Shown: one piece after another, positions 56,560 through 64,000 of the stretch
Layout: every line of letters starts with the position of its first letter
Position numbering within the stretch: position 1 is the stretch's first letter
Program-made: the position numbers and the translations under genes
Assembly: GCA_951406725.2 (NCBI GenBank)
Contig: OX597831.1
Location: 54,250,001-54,314,000, forward strand
Length of the DNA stretch: 64,000 bases
Direction of reading: 5' to 3'
From: Octopus vulgaris
Lineage: Eukaryota
The notes under the pieces: model-generated
What the model saw: only the letters and a program-made list of their open reading frames with translations
The model's database searches: none
Told to the model about the DNA's origin: nothing

Positions 56560-58390
56560 ATTATTATTATAAATCTTCTACTGAGGAGGGAGCTGGTTTC
56601 CAGCAAAGATACAAGGCTCCATCTTTGGGATGTAGTTAACACAGACAAATTCATAATTGGAACTTGAGAAAAGTCTTGCATATTTTTACTGTTCCACTGT
56701 ACGAATCGGCCGGTCAATTTCTCTTTCTGAAAATCCCAATTTATCCAGATTCTCCTGTAAGCATTTACTAACAAAACCTAGTGCTCCAATTATTATTGGT
56801 GTGAATATGGATTCATAGTCTGGATATAGAAGCTGGAGGTTTCGAAGCAGTTATCCATAGAAATCCTCTTTTTCGTAGATTTTCAAAGAGATATTTATAT
56901 CTGCAAGGTAGTTAATCTCTATGATGGTACATATATATATCCCTCTGTCCCAAACAACAATATGTCATGCTTACATTTGACATATCTATGCATGGTCTTT
57001 TGCTGATATACGCTTATCCTTTCATCTGATGATCCATTGCGGTAGAGTCGTGCGACCACTTTGGGCATATATTTAAAGTTATCAGACAAGCAATGCTGCT
57101 CAAGCAGTCGCTTTCCAAGTCTTATGATGTTATCAGCCTCATGTATGCATAATTGGTCAAGGGATGCATTTCGACACTTGACATTTAAAAGATGTTGCCG
57201 AAGGGATAAAATACAACATTCAAAGTAGTCTGGATCAATGTTAAGTGTCTGCCCCCTTGTTTTCATTTTAAGTACAGGCGGTCTACGTTCTGTTGATGTG
57301 GAAATTAAGTATGCTAGTTAGTATATTCCGAGTTTTCGCATCAATGACTCGGACCTCATCAAGCGTCCAGTGAAGCAGACCAAATGTTGGCATGAGTAAT
57401 AGCACTGCAAACACATTGTGGGCCACTGTTTTACGGAATGCAGAAAGTTCTGAGGTTCATATTTTCTTTATTTGGCTGTAATATTCTTCAGTGACACATG
57501 TTTTGTTACAGGTGCCATTGTAAGATATGCTGTCATCCGCCCCTAGATACATGTAACATTCCTCATCAGATATAGAGGAAACAGTTAAATCATTGATGAA
57601 GATGTTGCTAGTGTGGTTTACAGTTTTCCTTCTCTTCACAACCATATAGCAACATTTATCCTGACCAAACTCCAACCCTATATCCTTTGAGAATGTTGTA
57701 ACCAGGTCAATGTTCTTTTTCATCCCATATATATATTCTTGACATATAGTTTCAAGTTATCCACAAAGAAACAGTATGTAATTTTGGTATTTCTGTTTCC
57801 TTTTGAACCAGTGAGATATCCTTCATACTTCTTTAACATGAATGACAGAAAGTATAAACATCACAGAGAGGCAGTCCCCTTGGAATATGCCTCTGCGATA
57901 CTATATTCTATCAGTGATAATACAATTATTCATTGTGTTTGATTTCCAGATGGTGGCCTACGATGAAGTCAAGTTAGCTATGGCTTTGACTATGATCACT
58001 AGGACCTTATCAAGTCGAAGGGCTTCTAGCATCCATGAGTGGGGGACAGAGTTAAAGGCCTTCTTGTAGTCCAGCCACATTGAAACTAGGTTCCGTCTAT
58101 GCTCCATCTTATCTGAACTTACAGTTTTGTTTATTAATAATTGCTTGACACATCCCCAGACTCCCTTCTTCCCAGTTGCTTGTTCTGCAGTGATGATAAT
58201 CCAGAAACTTCAGGATGGAAAATCACCTGGAAGAGACTTGATTGTTTGATATTGGTGCAAGAAGCTAACCTTCTACCGACCATATCATATCAACTTGTAC
58301 CAGCAAACCCTCAGTGGGAATAGAAGCATACCAAACTGGTTAGCTCTGGCAGTGAAGAAACTGATCCTTAAATGCAGAACCACCCACATG
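56560..58390 (-). mobile_element. RLE-LINE fragments including RT core
   Basis: Minus strand: WLDYKKAFNSVPHSW, RGIFQGDCLS, FVDNLKLY, FGQDKC, YMYLG; homologous to 6180-6830. Confidence 0.85.
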
Positions 58391-59063
58391 CTAAAAAAAA
58401 TGTATGTATGCATACAGAGAGAGGGGGGAGAGAACGCCTAAAGAATGGTCACAAATTACATTATCCACGTAATTATAGACAAATGTGTAAAATTTGGTTT
58501 ATTCATTTTTCCGCCTAAAATCTAACTTGGGAGAGAGTTTATATTGGGATGACACACTCTTTCATACTGATTAGTGCAATGTGAGAGAACTAGAACGGCG
58601 TGGGAAAAATTATTAAAATTCTTTAGAAACTTCGGCTTAGCTTTCACAATAGAAACAAATTATAGGTTAGTTAATTTTCTTCACACTTAGATACCCGATT
58701 GTATATACACTACCTTAATCTAAACGAGAATCTTAAGTATGAATCTTAAATATGAAATACTTTATATAACACGAATATCCGGTGTAACTCGGAACACTTA
58801 GTAATTGACTGGTTTTGGTATTAATTGTGACTGCATAGACATTATAAAATAAAGGACATATAGTACATGTCCAGTAATCGCAAAGTTCCCTGTCGGTGTA
58901 TGCATATATACGTAGCTTGGTATATGTATGTATATGTATAAATATGTAGGTGCATGTGTAAGTGTACCTTGATATATATATATATGTTATTCTGCCATGC
59001 CTTCTCAAGATCGTACGACACTGGAAGAGTGGATTTTCGACATTGTGCATCGTGAAACTCAAG

Positions 59064-59115
<52 letters not shown>

Positions 59116-59242
59116 TGTATATGTATTATGTATGTCCATACATACATACATACATACATACATGCATGCATGCATACATACATACATACATACATACGTG
59201 CATACATACATATGTATGTATGTATGTGTGCATATATATATA

Positions 59243-59308
<66 letters not shown>

Positions 59309-59367
59309 TAAAAACAGTAAGATAACAGAAGAAAGAAAGAGACCTCAATATATAGAGGAAATTTATC

Positions 59368-60259
59368 TATAAAATAATATGTTACAATTACTCAATAGTC
59401 AAGATAAAACTCTGAGTTTCAGATGCCGAAGTGGAAATCCACAACACCATCTCTTCGGTTATCTGGCCATCTGAAAAAACGCTATGAAAAAATACCGTTA
59501 TATAAATGGAAATTACTGTGTTATAATTCTGCTACTTATGACGTGTATATAGTTTCATTTGTACACGTGTGTGAATATGTATGAGTGGGCAGTTTTAGAT
59601 GTGTGCGTGTGTGCGGGCATAAAAATGCACATATATATATAGACGTTTTTACTTAGTATTTTTCCATTTTTTTAGGGGTTTTTTTTTGGGGGGGGGGGGC
59701 ATATGTATATTCATTTTTCGTATATGCGTGTGTGTGTATGCGTATATAAACATGTGCGAGTATGTACATATATGGGCGTGTGCGTATGAGTGAATAAGGG
59801 CATGTCCGTATATGAATGTGGTTTTTATGCCTTGTATACTTCCTTATGTTTTTTTCTGTTACCTTTAACCATGGTTTTTCTTGTGCTTGTGCGTATATAG
59901 ACGTATGTATGAACTTTTACGGTACGCATGTGTGTGTGTATGAGTTTGTATATATATGCGTATATATTTGGTGAAAAATGCGAGTGAAGACGTGTACGTT
60001 TTCATAGTGACGTATAAGTACGCTCGTGGGTCCGCGAGCGCACATGTGAGCGTATGACTAGACTATGAAATTTTAATCTTATTTTATATAAGTAGCAGAA
60101 TTATAACATAGTAATTTCCCTTTATATAACGGTATTTTTTCATAGCGTTTTTTCAGATGGCCAGATAACCGAAGAGATGGTGTTGTGGATTTCCACTTCG
60201 GCATCTGAAACTCAGAGTTTTATCTTGACTATTGAGTAATTGTGACATATTATTTTATA
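59368..60259. repeat. Long inverted repeat: 172-bp arms (59368-59539 / 60088-60259), ~550-bp spacer
   Basis: The arms are reverse complements with about 3 mismatches (for example gatgccgaagtggaaatccacaacaccatctcttcggttatctggccatctg). Flanked by (TA)n tracts. Confidence 0.92.
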
Positions 60260-60283
60260 TATATATATTTATGTGTTTACTCC

Positions 60284-60333
<50 letters not shown>

Positions 60334-60671
60334 TATATATAGTAAAGAGAGTATGTAAACGTGAGCCTAGTGGAGTAAATATGAAGCGGAATCATATCAA
60401 AATATTCAAATGTTTATGTGCGTGCAAATGGACGCACCCCTACGCAAGTGTGTAAGTATTCCCGGGTACGAATATCAAAATATGCATTTGGGTTTATTAG
60501 GAAAATGTATACGAGCATGTATGTATAACCATGTGCGGGTGTGTGAAAAAGCTAGTTGTGGGGCCAGTGTATGCAAAATTATTGTGTTATATGTGTACGT
60601 GTGTAAGAATATTTGCGTGTGTAAATGAATGTGATTGATTGTTTTCTTGGACGAATTTATTGTTGTCGGAT

Positions 60672-60913
60672 TTACTCTTTACTTTTTTACTCTTTTACTT
60701 GTTTCAGTCATTTGACTGCGGCCATACTGGAGCACCGCCTTTAGTCGAGCAAATCGACCCCAGGACTTATTCATTGTAAGCCTAGTACTTATTCTATCGG
60801 TCTCTTTTGCCGAACCGCTAAGTTATGGGGACGTAAACACACCAGCATCGGTTGTCAAGTGATGTTGGGGGACAAACACAGACACACAAACATATACACA
60901 CACATACATATAC

Positions 60914-60944
<31 letters not shown>

Positions 60945-61085
60945 GAACGGGCTTCTTTCAGTTTCCATCTACCAAATCCACTCACAGGGCTTTGGTTGGG
61001 CTGAGGCAATAGTAGAAGACACTTGCCCAAGATGCCATGTGGTTGGTAAGCAAGCTACTTACCACACAGCCACTCCTACGCCTAT
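60672..61085 (-). mobile_element. SINE family B, near full length
   Basis: The minus-strand head aggcgtaggagtggctgtgtggtaagtagcttgcttaccaaccacatgg is tRNA-like; the body matches 27235-27625. Confidence 0.85.
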
Positions 61086-62011
61086 TTAATAATAAAAAAA
61101 AGTTAGTCTTTGATGTTTCGGCTCTTAGTCTGCTGCTAAAGTGGCTAGGAACAAATGTCACTGCCTCTGAACGCCTTGTTGTCAAACACCACCACCTAAA
61201 TAATTTATTTATGGAAGTCGGAACAATTGGAAAGAAACTTGTATTGATGAACACTAGAAACAGCTGATACGGGTTTTATTAGCTTGTCACATTCTGCTAC
61301 CCTTCCTTCGTCTAATTTACTCCTTTTTTGTTTTTAGTTATATTTCTCTTGAACGAATATGGTTAATAGTAACCGGCTACAACAGATTGCTATGAAGGTA
61401 CTTATCGGCAAAAATTGCAATGCAAAATCAATCAACATATTTCCTTGTGTAGCATTCTGAGGAGATGATTCCACTCTGCGCTGTAAATGAATAATTGCAC
61501 AGCGCATGCAAATAAATCAGTAATTGTTGACATAGTAACGAAATGACGCAAGATTGGTTATAATAAAAAATGACGAAACAATTGTAAACTAAACAAATGC
61601 AATATGCTAACTCCATTCTTCAATACTTTTAAATTCATGTGCTTGTGTGTGTGTGAGTATGAAGGTGCGTGACCTAGTCGTTAGGCTGTTGCAATCACTA
61701 TCCTAGAGCGTGAGTTCCCTTCCCAGACTGGACTGCACGTCGTGTTCTTGAGTAAGGCACTTCATTTCATGTTGCTCTAGTTCATTCAGCTGTAAATGGA
61801 TAACCCTGTGACGTATAGCCTTCCGATCAGGGAGAATGTTGGCCTTCTCGCCTATCCAGCGTGGTGGCATCATTCAGAAGTTAAAATATGCGAAACGTAT
61901 TATGACAAGCGATTGTATAACAACATCCAATAGTTTGGTTGATACTGTGATGTACTGTGATATATATATCACCGTATGTCACGTTTTACAATTTTCAGCT
62001 TTTTCAAATTT

Positions 62012-63107
62012 TATGATCCCCATAACGTAGTCAAAGACAAACTATACCTCACAGTCGGCTATAAATTGCAGATAGTAAAATTCGCGAAGGACCACGATAA
62101 CTGAGCTGCTGCAAAGCATTTTGGGCTCCTTTTTTCAAAGAAGATTATTCTTGACTGGCGTAAGACGATAAGCTTCAGAAAACAGGAAGATTCTAGGACA
62201 AACTTCGAAACTCGAAACCAAGATGGGTGGAACTTAAAGTGAAATGATGGCCTGGATTTTAGAGAAACGAAGCTAAGATTCTGCAGAGTCAACTAAAAAT
62301 ATCAGTTACGAAGCCAAAGTGAGGGTTAAAATCGGGGCAAAGTGGTGGCAGGAGGGATCCCCATAACGTAGTCAAAGACAAACTATACCTCACAGTCGGC
62401 TATAAATTGCAGATAGTAAAATGCGTGAAGGACCACGATAACTGAGCTGCTGCAAAGCATTTTGGGCTCCTTTTTTCAAAGAAGATTATTCTTGACTGGC
62501 GTAAGACGATAAGCTTCAGAAAACAGGAAGATTCTAGGACAAAATTCGAAACTCGAAACCAAGATGGGTGGAACTTAAAGTGAAATGATGGCCTGGATTT
62601 TAGAGAAACGAAGCTAAGATTCTGCAGAGTCAACTAAAAATATCAGTTACGAAGCCAAAGTGAGGGTTAAAATCGGGGCAAAGTGGTGGCAGGAGGAAAT
62701 AATGATTTTTTTTTTTTGTGCTACTCGATGGTTCTACAGATTTATGGAAAAGAACGAATTAGCCATGCGAACAAGGACATCATAGCACAAAAAAGGCCGT
62801 GGAGTTAGAAACCGTAATTATCGAGTTTCATCGATTTGTTATAAACACCAAAAAGACAAATTTTGAACTGAAGGATATTGCAAACATAGATGAAATTACA
62901 GTGATGTGTGATATACCAAACAACAAGTGTGCTGTCGTAAAAATCAAAACTGTTGCCATGAAAACTTTTGGCCGTGAGAAATCACATTTTACATATATAT
63001 GGACTAGTTGTATTATAGGCGCCAGATTGGTACCTTTCAAGCAGAAAACAGAGTTAAAAGAAACTATTCCACCAGAAATTATCATCTATGTTCACTCTAA
63101 AACATAG
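62012..63107 (+). mobile_element. pogo/Tigger-type transposase remnant (POGK-like Brinker DBD + HTH + DDE_1 start) with an internal 341-bp tandem duplication
   Basis: Translations GYKLQIVKFAKDHDN*AAAKHFG...IILDWRK, WFYRFMEKNELAMRTRT and IANIDEITVMCDIP (cf. IGNMDETP). Stops and frameshifts present. Confidence 0.75.
62015..62696. repeat. Near-perfect tandem duplication, 2 x 341 bp (62015-62355, 62356-62696)
   Basis: Both units begin gatccccataacgtagtc and end gtggtggcaggagg, with only a few substitutions. Confidence 0.95.
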
Positions 63108-63109
63108 AT

Positions 63110-63460
63110 ACTTGTACTTGTACTTTCACCCTGGGCGGGTTGAGTCGGCTGCTTCTTTGGAAGAAGTTTCATGGGAATATGTGGATTTCACAAGCGGTCC
63201 CCAACAATCCCGCATGTAAAGACATCCTGTTTGCCGCAGATTGTCCGCGGAGGCAGGGACAGAACGACCGAGGAGCCGCCGGTTGCCGAAACAGACACTC
63301 CGAGGATTTTCACCGGGTTGTGGCCCTAATACCACTCGATGTCAGACCAATCCGCCTTGGGTGGCCCTACCAGGAACCGAAGTTCTCGACGGCATAGCTC
63401 AGACACTACCCGTTGCCAGCGTCTCCACCACGGTGAGGAGGGGATGGACTTTGGGGACGC
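63110..63460 (-). mobile_element. Short RTE-derived non-autonomous element (5' leader + (AAGTAC)n tail)
   Basis: The minus strand reads ccgtggtggag...gagctatgccg...cctggtagggccaccc (RTE/Expander-like leader) and ends in tandem aagtac repeats at 63110-63126. Confidence 0.5.
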
Positions 63461-64000
63461 TAAAACATAGATAAATGAAGATGGAGTATAACTCTGGCAT
63501 AAAAGACCAAAGGTGCATAAAAAACATATGGCTTCAATGCCATCACTTTTAACAGACTGTATATGAAAATATCCTTTCATATTTTTTCATGTTTCACAAA
63601 TTTTAATAAAAACACACTGAGTTATAGTCAGAAAATAAAATAAAGATAAAAATAAATAAAATTCTGTTCGTATTGTAAATATCTTTGTTGTCCTTTGTTG
63701 ATTGTGCTTACTAGCAGTTCCTTATAATAAAAGATATATATATATTGTAATCCTCACACGTTCGGGGGAAATTAACAATAAAAACAGATAAACAAATATT
63801 TTTCAGTCACTGTCATGACTTAATAAACTAAATATTCAGCACATTATCGTAAGTTCTCATAATGTCATAATTTGCGTGCCATGTTTCTTCAAGTTATCAT
63901 AGTGGCGGCATGCACTACTTAAAAAGTGATAATAGCTTTGTATTAGAGATAATTGTTAGGAGTGCCAGCAGTGAAAATTGAATTAATGGTGATGATTAAT

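Overview
AT-rich, microsatellite- and transposon-dense eukaryotic DNA. The tRNA-derived SINE families look like those I recall from Octopus (coleoid cephalopod), so the taxon is inferred, not confirmed. One host gene is supported: a + strand, spliced, membrane-anchored tyrosinase of the vertebrate TYR/TYRP1/DCT (gamma-subclass) architecture. Four coding exons were assembled by hand: 18508-19469, 37122-37256, 39652-39796 and 47597-47832 (1478 nt, about 492 aa, with compatible splice phases). They encode a Cys-rich EGF-like domain, intact CuA and CuB sites (six His), a TM helix and a cytosolic tail with DEEQPIF and YRTY sorting-like motifs. The exon(s) carrying the signal peptide were not found and probably lie upstream of the window. 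The rest is decayed mobile DNA: RLE-type LINEs sitting in (CATA)n repeats, two DD37D (maT) copies, a Tc1 with IR/DR ends, pogo and mariner fragments, a non-autonomous Helitron, Penelope-like pieces with a hammerhead-like core, four SINE families (one in a head-to-tail array) and several inverted or tandem duplications. Almost all other ORFs in the track are microsatellite or TE artefacts.
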